Source: an uncultured Actinomycetes bacterium (GTDB lineage: Bacteria > Actinomycetota > Thermoleophilia > Solirubrobacterales > Solirubrobacteraceae). From it: a stretch of DNA of 64,000 nt. The stretch lies in assembly GCA_963719305.1 (NCBI GenBank), contig CAVRBL010000011.1, forward strand, positions 388,459 through 452,458. Reading direction: 5' to 3'. The position numbers were made by a program, and so were the translations under genes. The notes beneath the pieces were generated by a model. The model was not told the origin of the DNA, did no database searches, and was given only the letters and a program-made list of their open reading frames with translations. This document shows, piece by piece, positions 52,563 through 62,813 of the stretch. The stretch's first letter is position 1. Each line of letters starts with the position of its first letter.

Positions 52563-53243
52563 ATGACCGCCGTAGCCGTGGGACCTCAGACGACGCCCGA
52601 GCACGCGCTGGAGGGGCTCCGCCGCGCCATCATCGAGCGTCAGCTTCGTCCCGGTCAGCGGATCGCCCAGGAGCAGTTCGCCGGCACACTCGGAATCAGC
52701 ATCGCGCCCGTTCGCGAGGCGTTGCGGGTACTCGAGCAAGAGGGCCAGGTCGTCTACCGACCTCGGCGAGGTTACTTCGTGCGTGAGCTGCGGATCGAGG
52801 ACCTAGAGGAGATCTACGAGCTCCGGCGGCTGCTTGAGGAGCGGGCGGCGCGATTGTCGCTGCCCGCGCTGGACGAAGACTCGCTCGGCGCGATTCTGGC
52901 TGCCGCGCGCGCCTGCATGCGGGCCGCTTCACGTGGCGAGGTCGCGGTCCAGCTCGCGGCAAACCGCCGCTTTCACTTTGCCATCCTCGACGCCTGCGGT
53001 CAGCCCCACACGATCCGGATGATCCGCATGCTGTGGGATTCGACCGAGGCCTACAGGGCGATGTATTACAACTCGGCTGCCGAGCGGCGGCGCGCTAATG
53101 CCGCTCACAAACGCATCGTACGCAGCATCGAGCAACGAGATCCTGACGCGCTTGTCGCGGAGCTCGACGCCCACCGCGAGCGCGCGCTCGTCGTGCTGCG
53201 GAGCATTCTGTCGTTCGCTCCGGCTTCGCCATTGCAACGATGA
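52563..53243 (+). CDS. GntR (FadR/FCD) transcriptional regulator
   Basis: LRPGQRI, LGISIAPVREAL, ELRRLLE, NRRFH, HKRIV. Confidence 0.9.
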   Translation: MTAVAVGPQTTPEHALEGLRRAIIERQLRPGQRIAQEQFAGTLGISIAPVREALRVLEQEGQVVYRPRRGYFVRELRIEDLEEIYELRRLLEERAARLSLPALDEDSLGAILAAARACMRAASRGEVAVQLAANRRFHFAILDACGQPHTIRMIRMLWDSTEAYRAMYYNSAAERRRANAAHKRIVRSIEQRDPDALVAELDAHRERALVVLRSILSFAPASPLQR

Positions 53244-53815
53244 CCCAGCCACTGATAGTGGGTCTCGGCGGGACTTTGCGGCGCAGGTCCGTTACCGAGC
53301 AGGTGCTGACCTACTGTCTTGACGCGGGCGGAAATCGCGGCGCTCGGACGCGAGCATTCACGGCTCGTGAGCTCCGCCTACCGATGTACACGCCGCAGCG
53401 ACAGCGACGCAGCGTCCGAGTTATCGCCTGGCTCGACGCTCTGCGCGCGGCGGACGGTCTCGTCATCGTCTCTCCCGGCTACCACGGCGGTGTCTCAGGC
53501 CTGATCAAGAACGCACTCGACTACGCCGAGGACCTGAGGGATGACGAGCGTCCCTACCTGGACGGGCGTGCAGTCGGCTGCGTGACCTGCGCCGCCGGAT
53601 GGCAAGCGACGATCACGACGCTCGTGGCGCTTCGCTCCATCGTGCATGCCCTGCGCGCTTGGCCCACACCACTAGGTGTCGCGCTCAACTCAGAACTCCA
53701 ACTGTCAGCGGAAGGAGTGAGCGATCCTGCGGTGCGCTCGCAGCTCGACCTCCTGGCGGGCCAAGTCGTGGACTTTGCGACCCAGCATCACGGCGCGAGA
53801 GGCGGGCGGAGCTAG
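53240..53815 (+). CDS. NAD(P)H-dependent FMN reductase (SsuE-like)
   Basis: GLGGTLR, SPGYHGGVSGLIKNALD. Confidence 0.9.
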   Translation: MTQPLIVGLGGTLRRRSVTEQVLTYCLDAGGNRGARTRAFTARELRLPMYTPQRQRRSVRVIAWLDALRAADGLVIVSPGYHGGVSGLIKNALDYAEDLRDDERPYLDGRAVGCVTCAAGWQATITTLVALRSIVHALRAWPTPLGVALNSELQLSAEGVSDPAVRSQLDLLAGQVVDFATQHHGARGGRS

Positions 53816-53896
53816 ACGCTATGGCCGTGACGGCCGGAGCGTCGGCGCCGACGTCAGTCGGTCGAGGACGAGCTTGAAAAACGGAAGCGTGTCGAG

Positions 53897-55057
53897 TCAG
53901 ATCGCTGCGTCGATCACGTGAAGGCCCCGGTCGGGAACCGTCGACAAGACCTCGTGACCGTCTTCGGTGACGAGGACCATCTCGTCTGGGTTCACGAGGC
54001 CGTCCTCGCTGTAGAACTTTGGCTCCACGGTCAGCGTCATACCCGCGCTCAGGACTGTCGAGTCGGCCCCGCTCAGCGATGGCGGCTCTCCTTGCTCCAA
54101 GCCGATGCCGTGTCCGATGCGCTTGGCCGGATGATCGGAGTAGTTGCGCAGCCCGCCGGCCTCGATTCGTTCAACGGCGATTTCGAACAGCTTGGCTACG
54201 CGGACGCCGGGTCGAATCGCGTCCAGCATTGCGTCCTGGATCTCGAGCGCGATCCGGTGCTCCTCGGATTGGCGCGGACTTGGTTCGCCGAACACCGCCC
54301 GCCGCGTGAAGTCGGTGGGGTAGCCCCCGAACGTTCCACCGCCGTCCAGGTAGAGCACGTCTCCTGACTGGAACGCGCCGTGCTCGCCGGTCGCTCCTCG
54401 CGCGAACCCGGCGAACATCATCGGTCCGCCAAGCTCGTCGTAGCCGAGGGCGATCATCTTGGCGATGTCTCGAGCGGTGTGTCCGATCTTCAGTTCGCCT
54501 AGGACCCTCTTCCAGGCGCGGCCGGAGAGCTCGCACGCTCGGCGCATCTGTTCGACCTCCCACTCGCTTTTGATCATCCGGCAACCCCATGCCACGGCGC
54601 CGCCGTCGACAAAGCGAGCCTCGGGCAGATCGCGCTTCAGCCGCTCGTGGTCAGCGACAGGCACTCCAAGCTTCGTCCACTCCCCGAGCTCGATTCCGAT
54701 CGTCGCACGCTGAGCGTTGCGCTCGCGCAGGACGTCCACGATGCCCCAGTCGGTCGGACGGGCCGAATCGAACGGGAACTCGGTGTAGAACCGTTTGTCC
54801 TCAACCCAGCTCGGGAACGGCAGTCCGTCGAGCTCGTTGAACATCTTCTGAACCCACATCGTTATGAGCGCGGGCGCTCCGTCCAGAGGCAGCACGAAGA
54901 TCGACGGGCGTCCGGCATGACCGGGCGCGCGGTGGCCAGTGAAGTACTGGTAGTGCATCGGATCGGTGACAAGGAGAACCTCGATCCCCCGGTCGGCCAT
55001 GAGCTCGCGCGCGCGCCGGACCCGCCATTCGTATTCCTGCTCGGGAACCCCCGGCAT
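53897..55057 (-). CDS. M24 family (Xaa-Pro peptidase-like) hydrolase
   Basis: RMIKSEWE, LDGG..GGYPTDFTR, GHGIG, EPP, VEPK. Confidence 0.85.
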   Translation of the reverse strand: MPGVPEQEYEWRVRRARELMADRGIEVLLVTDPMHYQYFTGHRAPGHAGRPSIFVLPLDGAPALITMWVQKMFNELDGLPFPSWVEDKRFYTEFPFDSARPTDWGIVDVLRERNAQRATIGIELGEWTKLGVPVADHERLKRDLPEARFVDGGAVAWGCRMIKSEWEVEQMRRACELSGRAWKRVLGELKIGHTARDIAKMIALGYDELGGPMMFAGFARGATGEHGAFQSGDVLYLDGGGTFGGYPTDFTRRAVFGEPSPRQSEEHRIALEIQDAMLDAIRPGVRVAKLFEIAVERIEAGGLRNYSDHPAKRIGHGIGLEQGEPPSLSGADSTVLSAGMTLTVEPKFYSEDGLVNPDEMVLVTEDGHEVLSTVPDRGLHVIDAAI

Positions 55058-56073
55058 CAGTGCACCGCTCCCGCGTGACGCAGGTCGGCCACGAGCGGAA
55101 GAACGCGTTCGCCAAATGCGCTTAGAATCGCGAAGTAGCGGCGGTACTGTTCGTCGTGAGACAAGCCCTTGATCGAGGGGAAATCGAGCACCAGCTCGTC
55201 GAAGCCGAGCTGGGCGATCGCCCGCACGCCGTCCTCCGAGCGATCGGCGTCGCCAATGACAATCAGCTCCTCGATCAGTGACTGCGGAATCGAGTCGGGA
55301 TCGTCCATCCAGCTCAGCGCCCGTTCCTCGTCCAGGCCCATCTGCTTGCGCGCGTTCGGACTCACTCGGTAGACGAGGCGGGCAGCCAATCGCCTCAGCA
55401 GTTCGGCGTCGGGCTCGGGATCCTCGACCGTCCAGAAGCGTTGGTAGGCCACCAGGGTGAGATCCTCCCGCGATCGTCCCGCGTTCGCGAGACCGCGCTC
55501 GACATTCTGCAGGGCCCGTTGGTTGTATTCGGCGTTGGCTACGGGGAAGATCAACCCGTCCGCCACCTCGGCGATCGCGGTCTGGAGCTTCGGTGCCTCG
55601 CCTGCCGCAAAGATCGGGATCTTCTTTCCCGTGGCCGCCGACAACGGCACGCCGCGCAGCGTGAAGATCTCGCCCTCGTAGTTTGCCGCGCCGCCCCGCA
55701 GCAGCTCGTGCACTGCCTCCACGGCTTCCCGGACATGCGCGATCGGCCTTGACTGACGCATCCCCAGCGGGTGCAGTGCGTGGGTGCTGGAGCAGCCGAT
55801 CGCCAAGCGCATGCGACCGTCGGAAAGCTCGTCGACCGTGGCGGCCATGCTCGCCATGATGATCGGGTGCATCAGGTATACCGAAGCCACCGCCAGCCCC
55901 AGCTGCACCGTACGCGTCTCCCGCGCGAACACGCCGAGCATGGAGAACGGCTCGCGCTTGAACGGGTTGCCTTCCGCCCAGACCGTGTCGAATCCGAGTC
56001 GCTCGGCGGTGCGAACATACTCGAGCTGCTGCTCGACTGACCAGTCGTTTTCGATCCGCACTCCAATCTTCAT
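55057..56073 (-). CDS. LLM-class oxidoreductase (Mer-like)
   Basis: AERLGFDTVW, HPIIMA..ATVDELSDGR, IPIFAAG..PK, AEVADG. Confidence 0.88.
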   Translation of the reverse strand: MKIGVRIENDWSVEQQLEYVRTAERLGFDTVWAEGNPFKREPFSMLGVFARETRTVQLGLAVASVYLMHPIIMASMAATVDELSDGRMRLAIGCSSTHALHPLGMRQSRPIAHVREAVEAVHELLRGGAANYEGEIFTLRGVPLSAATGKKIPIFAAGEAPKLQTAIAEVADGLIFPVANAEYNQRALQNVERGLANAGRSREDLTLVAYQRFWTVEDPEPDAELLRRLAARLVYRVSPNARKQMGLDEERALSWMDDPDSIPQSLIEELIVIGDADRSEDGVRAIAQLGFDELVLDFPSIKGLSHDEQYRRYFAILSAFGERVLPLVADLRHAGAVH

Positions 56074-56092
56074 TTCCTCTCCTTCCGGCGCC

Positions 56093-57343
56093 TCACGCGA
56101 CAAATAGCTCGGAGCTGAGCGGAGTGATCCGCTCCGGGCCGTCGGCGCGGACCACGTAGGTGTCCTCGTAGTTGAAACACGCCTCGCCCGGAACAAAGAG
56201 CCCGGGTTCGATATTCACCACCATGTTCTCCTCGAGCACCGTGTCGTCCCATGCAGCCAGGAACGGCGGCTCGTTCTTGCTGATTCCGACACCGTGGCCG
56301 GCAAGCGCGGCGGTGTGCTCGAAGCCCAGCCGCTCGGCTTCACGCTCCTTGATCTCCCATAGCTGCCGTGCCTCGACTCCCGGACGCAAATTGTCCTCGA
56401 GGGTCTTCGCCACCTTCATGCAGGCTTCGTACGTCGCGCGTTGCCGGGCGTTGGGCGGACCGATGACCGCGTTTCGGGCGATGTCGGACTCATAGCCCCC
56501 GAGCGACGCGCCGCTGTCGACGACGACCATGTCGCCGCGCTTGAACCGGTAGCCGGTCACATAGAACGGGCGCGGCCCGAATGAGTGGATGATCGCAAGC
56601 TGGCAGTGCTCCGGATCGGCGACCTCAGCACCAAGGCTGCCTGCGCGGCTGATCTTCGCCGCCAGCAAATCTGCCTCCTGAGCGCCCTCTTCCAAAAGGT
56701 CTAATGCGGCAGCAAGACCCTCGCAGTTGACCTCGGCGACACGTCGAAGGCCTTCGATGTCGTAATCGGTCTTCACACGAGTGATGTCCCAGAGCAACGA
56801 CGGCGTATCCACGAGCAGGGCGCCGGCGGTTGCCTGTTCGACGACCTGGTAAACCGCCCGCGGCGTGTATGGCATCCAGCGCCCGCCTCGACCGCCGTGG
56901 CCAAATCCGATCCGCCGGGTCTTGAGCCCAAGCTCGACTACCCAGTCGCGCAGCGCCGGAATTACCAGGTCGTGCCGCTCGCCTTCCGGTTGGTTCCAGA
57001 TATCGATGCAGCGAATGTCTTTGACCGAGGTGAAGGTTTTGGCGCGCTCGATGACCATCGGCCACGTGATGAACAGCGTCGGCTCACCTTCGAGCGGAAT
57101 GGCGAGCCACGTCTCGCTGGCCCAGAGCGGCGCGACGTCGACATAGTTCGCGAGGTATCGAGCCCACTCGTATCCCCCGACCTCGTTGCCCGCGGAGTAG
57201 ACGAGGAGCGCGTCGAGCTCGAGCCGCTCCATCTCGCCGCGGCAACGCCTCATCCGTTCTCCGGCGACCTCCGTGGGCAACGGATCGATCGTGCCGCCAC
57301 CCATCTTCTCCGCGAGCTCGGCGCTGGTGAGCGGGAGCGCCAC
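56093..57343 (-). CDS. M24 family (Xaa-Pro peptidase-like) hydrolase
   Basis: TRVKT, VDSG..GGYESDIAR, GHGVG, EPP, IEPG, YEDT. Confidence 0.87.
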   Translation of the reverse strand: MALPLTSAELAEKMGGGTIDPLPTEVAGERMRRCRGEMERLELDALLVYSAGNEVGGYEWARYLANYVDVAPLWASETWLAIPLEGEPTLFITWPMVIERAKTFTSVKDIRCIDIWNQPEGERHDLVIPALRDWVVELGLKTRRIGFGHGGRGGRWMPYTPRAVYQVVEQATAGALLVDTPSLLWDITRVKTDYDIEGLRRVAEVNCEGLAAALDLLEEGAQEADLLAAKISRAGSLGAEVADPEHCQLAIIHSFGPRPFYVTGYRFKRGDMVVVDSGASLGGYESDIARNAVIGPPNARQRATYEACMKVAKTLEDNLRPGVEARQLWEIKEREAERLGFEHTAALAGHGVGISKNEPPFLAAWDDTVLEENMVVNIEPGLFVPGEACFNYEDTYVVRADGPERITPLSSELFVA

Positions 57344-58030
57344 CTACACCTCACCGCCTGCTTGTTCGATCGCCTCAGCGGCGACCCGTCGGCTGGTCTC
57401 GTTGTGCAGGCGCAGCGCCGACTGGAGCCCGGCCAGATCGCGACGCTCGTAGGCGGCGACGATTGCGGCGTGCTCTTCGGTCACGTCGCGGAGCCACGGA
57501 CCGCCGCTGCCGCGCAGGATCCGCTCCATCAGCAGGTTGACGCTCAGCCGCCGGAAGATGTCGGTCGCAAGCGGATTGCGGGCGAGGTCGATTTGGAAAG
57601 CGTGGAACGCCTGGTTGGCACGATGCCATATCGCAGGATCCATCGACGTCGCGTCAGTCCCTGCCGGCGGAAAGGTGGCGAGCATCAGCTGGTTCAGCCG
57701 CTCCAAGTCCTCGTCGGTAACCCGCCTGATGGTCCGCTCGGCGACCATCAGCTCCAGTGGCAGGCGCACGTCGTAGGCGTCGTGCATCACCTTCGTCGTG
57801 ATCGGGGTGACGAAGTACCCCTTACGCGGCTGTACCGAGACGAGGCCCTCCGAGACGAGGCGGGTGAGCGCGTGGTGGACCGGGCTGCGCGAGACCCCCA
57901 GAGATGCCGCGACCCCTTGCAGGCTCAGCTGGTCGCGCGGTCGAACGCTGCCGCTGGCGAGGCTCGAGCGCAGCAGAGCGTAGACCTGATCATTCAGGTC
58001 CATTCGGGGGAGCGTGATGCGCGCTTCCAC
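57344..58030 (-). CDS. GntR (FadR/FCD) transcriptional regulator (start 58030 or 58003)
   Basis: QVYALLR, LGVSRSPVHHAL..LVSEGLV, NQAFH, EEHAAI. Confidence 0.9.
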   Translation of the reverse strand: MEARITLPRMDLNDQVYALLRSSLASGSVRPRDQLSLQGVAASLGVSRSPVHHALTRLVSEGLVSVQPRKGYFVTPITTKVMHDAYDVRLPLELMVAERTIRRVTDEDLERLNQLMLATFPPAGTDATSMDPAIWHRANQAFHAFQIDLARNPLATDIFRRLSVNLLMERILRGSGGPWLRDVTEEHAAIVAAYERRDLAGLQSALRLHNETSRRVAAEAIEQAGGEV

Positions 58031-58036
58031 GGTTGA

Positions 58037-58051
58037 GATATGTAACATGTC
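58037..58051. promoter_or_regulatory. Candidate GntR operator, palindrome GATATGTAACATGTC
   Basis: 6 of 7 pairs; between divergent GntR and amidohydrolase; recurs at 59400. Confidence 0.6.
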
Positions 58052-58062
58052 AGAGGGCGTTT

Positions 58063-59373
58063 ATGCAAGCGAGCGATACCACGGCCGCAGGGGCGGACGG
58101 GAGCTTCCTTCTCGCCGGAGGGCGACTCATCGACGGGATCGCGGACGAGCCCCGTGAGGATGTCGACGTGCTCGTTCGCGACGGGAGGATCGTGGCGCTC
58201 CCGTCCTCGGGCGCGGACAGGGCTGACGGCGCGACGGTGATCGACCTCCGAGGGGCGACGGTCCTACCGGGTCTGATCGATGCGCACGTCCACCTCGTCG
58301 GATGGAGGAGCGTTGACCAGGCGCGCTTTATCGCGGAGCCGCGGGAGCTGCGCACGATCCGAGCGGCCGCTGATCTGCGTGTTCTGCTGGAGCATGGCTT
58401 CACCACGGTGCGGGACATGGGGAGCGCCGACGGGATACACCTCCGGCAGGCGGTGGCTGAGGGAACGCTCGTCGGCCCGCGGATCCTCTCGGCCTACAAG
58501 ATGATCTGCCAGACCGGTGGCAACGGCGACATGATGGCCACGGTGCCGCCCGAGCGCCTTCACGAGCTCGGCTGGCTGGCTACGCTGGCAGACGGCGTTG
58601 ACGAGTGTCGGCGCGTGGCACGCCGGATGCTGCGCGCGGGAGCCGACTTCATCAAGATCTGCACCAGCGGAGGCGGGGCATCCGAACGCGGTGGTGCTTT
58701 GGAAGTGCAGTTCACGCTTCCGGAGGTCGAGGCCATGGCGCTCGAGGCACACCGAGCGGGGGTCAAGGTCGCCGCCCACGCCCACAACCTTGAGTCGATC
58801 CATCTCGCACTGGACGGAGGCGCGGACACGATCGAGCATGGCTCCGACATCGACGTCGAGTGTGCTCGCCGGATGGCCGACGAGGGCATACCGCTCGTCG
58901 CCACCATCGTCAACATCAAGGCTTTCGCGGAGCAAGGGGAGGCGCTCGGGGTCGCGCCGCCGATCGTCGAAAAGGCGCGTGAGAGCCTGCGCCGGAAGGG
59001 CGAGAGCATGATGCTCGCGTTCGAACAGGGAGTGACCATCGTGCACGGCGCGGACACCGGCGGCGCACCTCCCGCGATCCACGGGATCAACGCTGGGAAC
59101 CTCACCCAGTTCGTGCTGGCAGGCATGCGTCCGATGGACGCCATTCTCGGCGCTACGCGGAACGCAGCCCAGGCGCTCGGTCTCGAGGACCAGATCGGGA
59201 CGGTCGAGGTTGGAAAGGTGGCCGATCTCCTGGTGGTCAACGGCGATCCCCTCCATGACATCGCAATCCTCGAGCAGCCGGAGCGGCTGCTGATGGTGAT
59301 AAAGGATGGCCAGGTCGTGGTCGACCGGGGCGAAGCGCATCTCGAGGCCCTGCGAAACGCGCTCTACGCCTGA
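58063..59373 (+). CDS. Metal-dependent amidohydrolase (TIM-barrel, prolidase/ochratoxinase-like subgroup)
   Basis: PGLIDAHVH, GFTTVRD, FIKICTSGG, AAHAH, IEHG, GAD, GKVADL. Confidence 0.9.
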   Translation: MQASDTTAAGADGSFLLAGGRLIDGIADEPREDVDVLVRDGRIVALPSSGADRADGATVIDLRGATVLPGLIDAHVHLVGWRSVDQARFIAEPRELRTIRAAADLRVLLEHGFTTVRDMGSADGIHLRQAVAEGTLVGPRILSAYKMICQTGGNGDMMATVPPERLHELGWLATLADGVDECRRVARRMLRAGADFIKICTSGGGASERGGALEVQFTLPEVEAMALEAHRAGVKVAAHAHNLESIHLALDGGADTIEHGSDIDVECARRMADEGIPLVATIVNIKAFAEQGEALGVAPPIVEKARESLRRKGESMMLAFEQGVTIVHGADTGGAPPAIHGINAGNLTQFVLAGMRPMDAILGATRNAAQALGLEDQIGTVEVGKVADLLVVNGDPLHDIAILEQPERLLMVIKDGQVVVDRGEAHLEALRNALYA

Positions 59374-59399
59374 GACAGGCCGTGAAACTCCTGGAGCCT

Positions 59400-59421
59400 G
59401 ATATGTCACATGTTACATGTC
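59400..59421. promoter_or_regulatory. Tandem overlapping candidate GntR operators
   Basis: GATATGTCACATGTTACATGTC, followed by RBS-like AGAAGGAG. Confidence 0.55.
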
Positions 59422-59590
59422 CAGAAGGAGTGGTGCTCAAACCTGCCCGACCATCACGTGTTCCGCCCTGACGGTCTCGACGGCGGCGAGGCTGGAAGCC
59501 CTGGGGAGATCGTTCCAACCCGACATGACCCTGCTGATAGACCGGCGTCAGGGGCGAACCCGCCTCGGGCCGTGATGTAATTCCGCTTAG

Positions 59591-60484
59591 ATGCTCGACC
59601 AGAGGCGTCTGCGCACGCTCTGTGAGGTGGGCCGGCTCGGGTCGTTCTCACAGGCCGCCGTCACGCTCTCCTATACCCACTCGGCCGTCTCGCAGCAGAT
59701 CGCGTCACTCGAGCACGACCTTGGCGCCGCCCTCGTGATCCGCGGTCCGCGTGGCGCTCGCCTGACGGATGCAGGAAGGTTGCTCGTGGACCGCTGCACC
59801 GACATCTTCCGCCAACTGGAGCGGGCCGAGGCCGACGCGCGCATCCTGGCTGGGGTTCAACACGAGCAGCTGCGGGTCGTCGCCTTCACGAGCGTGGCAG
59901 CGTCGATCCTGCCTGTCGCGGTGTCCGACTTCCGGCACGCCTATCCCCACGTAAGACTGAACCTCGTCGATGGTGACCCGCTCACCGCCATGGACCGGAT
60001 CAGGGCGGGGGAGGCCGACCTCGCGATCGTGCTTAGCGACAGCAATCTGCAGATCGTGCAACACGACGAGCAGGTGGTGACACTGTTGAACGAGCCGATG
60101 CACCTAGTCCTGGCGAAGACTCACCGGCTCGCGCACCGCCGGACGGTGAGGCTGGCTGAACTCGCTGACGACGACTGGATTTCGAACCACGCGCCCACGT
60201 ACCACCGCTTCCTCCAAGCCGTCTGCCAGCGCGCCGGCTTCGATCCGAGCGTCACGGTTGAGACCGACGATCTGGACACCGCGCTGAAGCTGATCGCTTC
60301 GGGCGTCGGCATCGCGCTGTTGCCGCGCCTCGCCCTCGGAAACGCGACCGGCGTAGCGATCTGCCGCATCACGCCGCGGCTCGAGCGTCAGGTCGGCGCT
60401 GTGCTCTCGCCGGATGCCTCCGGCAACCCTGTTGCGCGCGCGTTTGTCGAGGCGCTCCGTCGCTCTAGCGCGACCGTCCCATAG
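59591..60484 (+). CDS. LysR family transcriptional regulator
   Basis: LDQRRLR..GSFSQAA..LSYTHSAVSQQIASLE; LTDAG. Confidence 0.93.
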   Translation: MLDQRRLRTLCEVGRLGSFSQAAVTLSYTHSAVSQQIASLEHDLGAALVIRGPRGARLTDAGRLLVDRCTDIFRQLERAEADARILAGVQHEQLRVVAFTSVAASILPVAVSDFRHAYPHVRLNLVDGDPLTAMDRIRAGEADLAIVLSDSNLQIVQHDEQVVTLLNEPMHLVLAKTHRLAHRRTVRLAELADDDWISNHAPTYHRFLQAVCQRAGFDPSVTVETDDLDTALKLIASGVGIALLPRLALGNATGVAICRITPRLERQVGAVLSPDASGNPVARAFVEALRRSSATVP

Positions 60485-60529
60485 TCGAGGCTGGCTCCAG
60501 CGACGCCGCCCAGCACCACTCGGCCCTGA

Positions 60530-60573
60530 TGTAAGCCCTGCTTACACCTGTGGTGCTGTAAGCCTTGCTTGAC
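60530..60573. promoter_or_regulatory. Paired LysR T-N11-A boxes upstream of hyuA
   Basis: TGTAAGCCCTGCTTACA (perfect inverted repeat) and TGTAAGCCTTGCTTGAC 27 bp later, the second overlapping TTGACC. Confidence 0.65.
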
Positions 60574-60685
60574 CACTCGGCAGCGTCTGCGATATTCACG
60601 CACGCCTTGTCGCCGATCTCGACATCCACAACCGAGACCCGGAAGCCCACGAGATGCGTGCGTCCGGCGTAGGCCTGGGATCGAC

Positions 60686-62813
60686 ATGAGCTACCGCGTC
60701 GCTATCGACATCGGTGGAACGTTCACTGATTGCGTAGTCATCGACGACGGCGGCGCTCGTAGCGTCGCGAAGAGCCTGACCACGCATGAGGACCCGATCC
60801 GAGGAGTTATCGCCGCAGCCACAATGAACGCGAACCAGCGCGGTCTCGAGCTTGCGACGCTTCTGGAGGAAACAGCCTCGTTCGTCCACGGCACCACCGT
60901 CGCTACAAACGCGGTTTTGACCAGGACCGGAGCGAAGACTGCTCTGATCATTACCAAAGGCCATGAGGACACGCTGCCGATCGGCAAGGTTCAGTCGCAC
61001 ATAGCGGGTCTGTCGGAGCGCGAGATCGTCCACCTGTCCCGGCTCGACAAGCCGGTCCCCATCGTCCCGCGTGAGCTGATCCGAGGGGTAACCGAGCGGG
61101 TCGATCGTGACGGTGAGGTGATCGTGCCGCTGGACCTATCCGAGGCGCGGGCGGTGGTCGACGACCTCAGCGCCGCCGGCGTCGAGGCCATCGCGGTCTG
61201 CTTCCTGTGGTCCATCTCGAACGCGTGTCACGAGCAGACAATGAGGCGGGTGATCGAACAAGCCGCGCCCGAAGTGCTCGTTGCATGCTCACATGAGATC
61301 GCTCCGGTGCTGGGCGAGTACGAGCGCGCGGTGGCCACGGTCCTGAACGTGTACGTTGGCCCACAGGTCACGCGCTACCTTGAGCGGCTGGAGCGACGAC
61401 TGCAGCGCGAGGGGCTGCGGGTGCCGCTGCTCGTCATGCAGTCCAACGGGGGGCTGTCCTCCGCCCGCGAAGCAAGCCGCGTCCCGTTGTTGACACTCGA
61501 CTCCGGACCCACCGCGGGGATCCTCGGCTGCCAGCACCTCGCGCCGATCTACGGTGAGCGGGATGTGATCTGCACCGACGTCGGAGGCACCTCGTTCGAC
61601 GTCGGTCTGATCCTCGGAGGCGCGCCGCAGTTCGAGTCCGAACCGGTCGTCGCCCAGCACCGGTTCCGGCTGTCGAAGGTATCGGTCCGCTCGATTGGCG
61701 CCGGCGGCGGGAGCATCGGCTGGGTCGACGAAGGCGGGCTGCTCCGCGTCGGTCCGCAGAGCGCGGGATCGCGTCCCGGTCCAGCGTGCTACGGGCTCGG
61801 CGGGCAGTTTCCGACCGTCACCGATGCGGACCTGGCGCTCGGATATCTCGACCCCGAGTTCTTCGTCCGGGGCCAAATGCGCCTCGACCGCGATCAGTCA
61901 ATGGCCGTTCTCAAGCCACTCGGCGCGGAGCTCGACATGCAGCCCGAGGAGGTGGCGCTCGGCATCTTCCGGATTACCAACGCTCAGATGGGGGATCTGA
62001 TCCGCCGGACGACGATCGAGCGCGGGCATGATCCTCGCCAGTGCGTGCTCGTCGCGTACGGCGGGGCAGCGGCCACCCATGCCGCCTTTTACGGAACCGA
62101 TATCGCCGCCAAGACGATCGTCATCCCGCCGGGCTCGACCGCTTTCTCCGCGCTGGGCATGCTGACGTGCGACATCGTCCACGTCGCCGAGGCCTCGAAG
62201 GTGGCCCGGTCACCGTTCGATGTCGAAACGCGTGTCAGCCGTCGAGCGCGAGTGGCGGCGGCTTGAAGCAGCGGTGCTCGCCCAGTTCGAACGCGAGGGC
62301 GTCCGCGCCGATGCTGTCGAGACGGAGTGGACCGCGCGCACGCGCTACCACCGGCAGGCACACACGGTCGACGTCCGGGCGGACCCAGGTCAGGTTTCCA
62401 CCTCCTCGCTGATGGACCTCCAGCTGGCGTTCGAACGACGCTACCGCGAGATCTACGGCGAGCGCGCGGTCGTACCCGACGGACGGATCGAGTTGGTCAT
62501 GTTGAGGGTGGTCGGATCGCGCCGGCTCGATTCGCCCGTGTTCAGCAGGCGCATCTCGTCGGAACGAGGATCGGACCGGGCGCACAAGGGAACTCGCCGT
62601 GCGTACTTCGACGGCGACGGCTTCATCGACGTTGACGTGTTCAACGGCGAGGCGCTCGGCCCGGGCAACCCGATCGCCGGGCCGGCGATCATCGACCGCG
62701 TGGGCGACACCGTGGTGGTTCCGCCGGGCGTCCGTGCCGAGGTCGACGCGTTCACCTCGCTCACGCTGCACGTTGACAGCCCAGTTCCAGCCGAGCTCGC
62801 TCCGTGGGTCTGA
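60686..62813 (+). CDS. hyuA: Hydantoinase A/oxoprolinase ATP-binding subunit (frameshift ~62230)
   Basis: AIDIGGTFTD, HGTTVATN, EYER, SGPTAG, DVGGTSFD, GAGGGSI, GPAII. Confidence 0.92.

Noticed and set aside
53823-53853. GC palindromes between the convergent FMN reductase and M24 genes as a terminator
   Set aside because: Short, with almost no loop and no U-tract, and expected by chance at this GC content.
59430-59590. Possible riboswitch or ncRNA upstream of lysR
   Set aside because: I could not recognise any conserved riboswitch core on either strand; an Rfam/Infernal scan would be needed.
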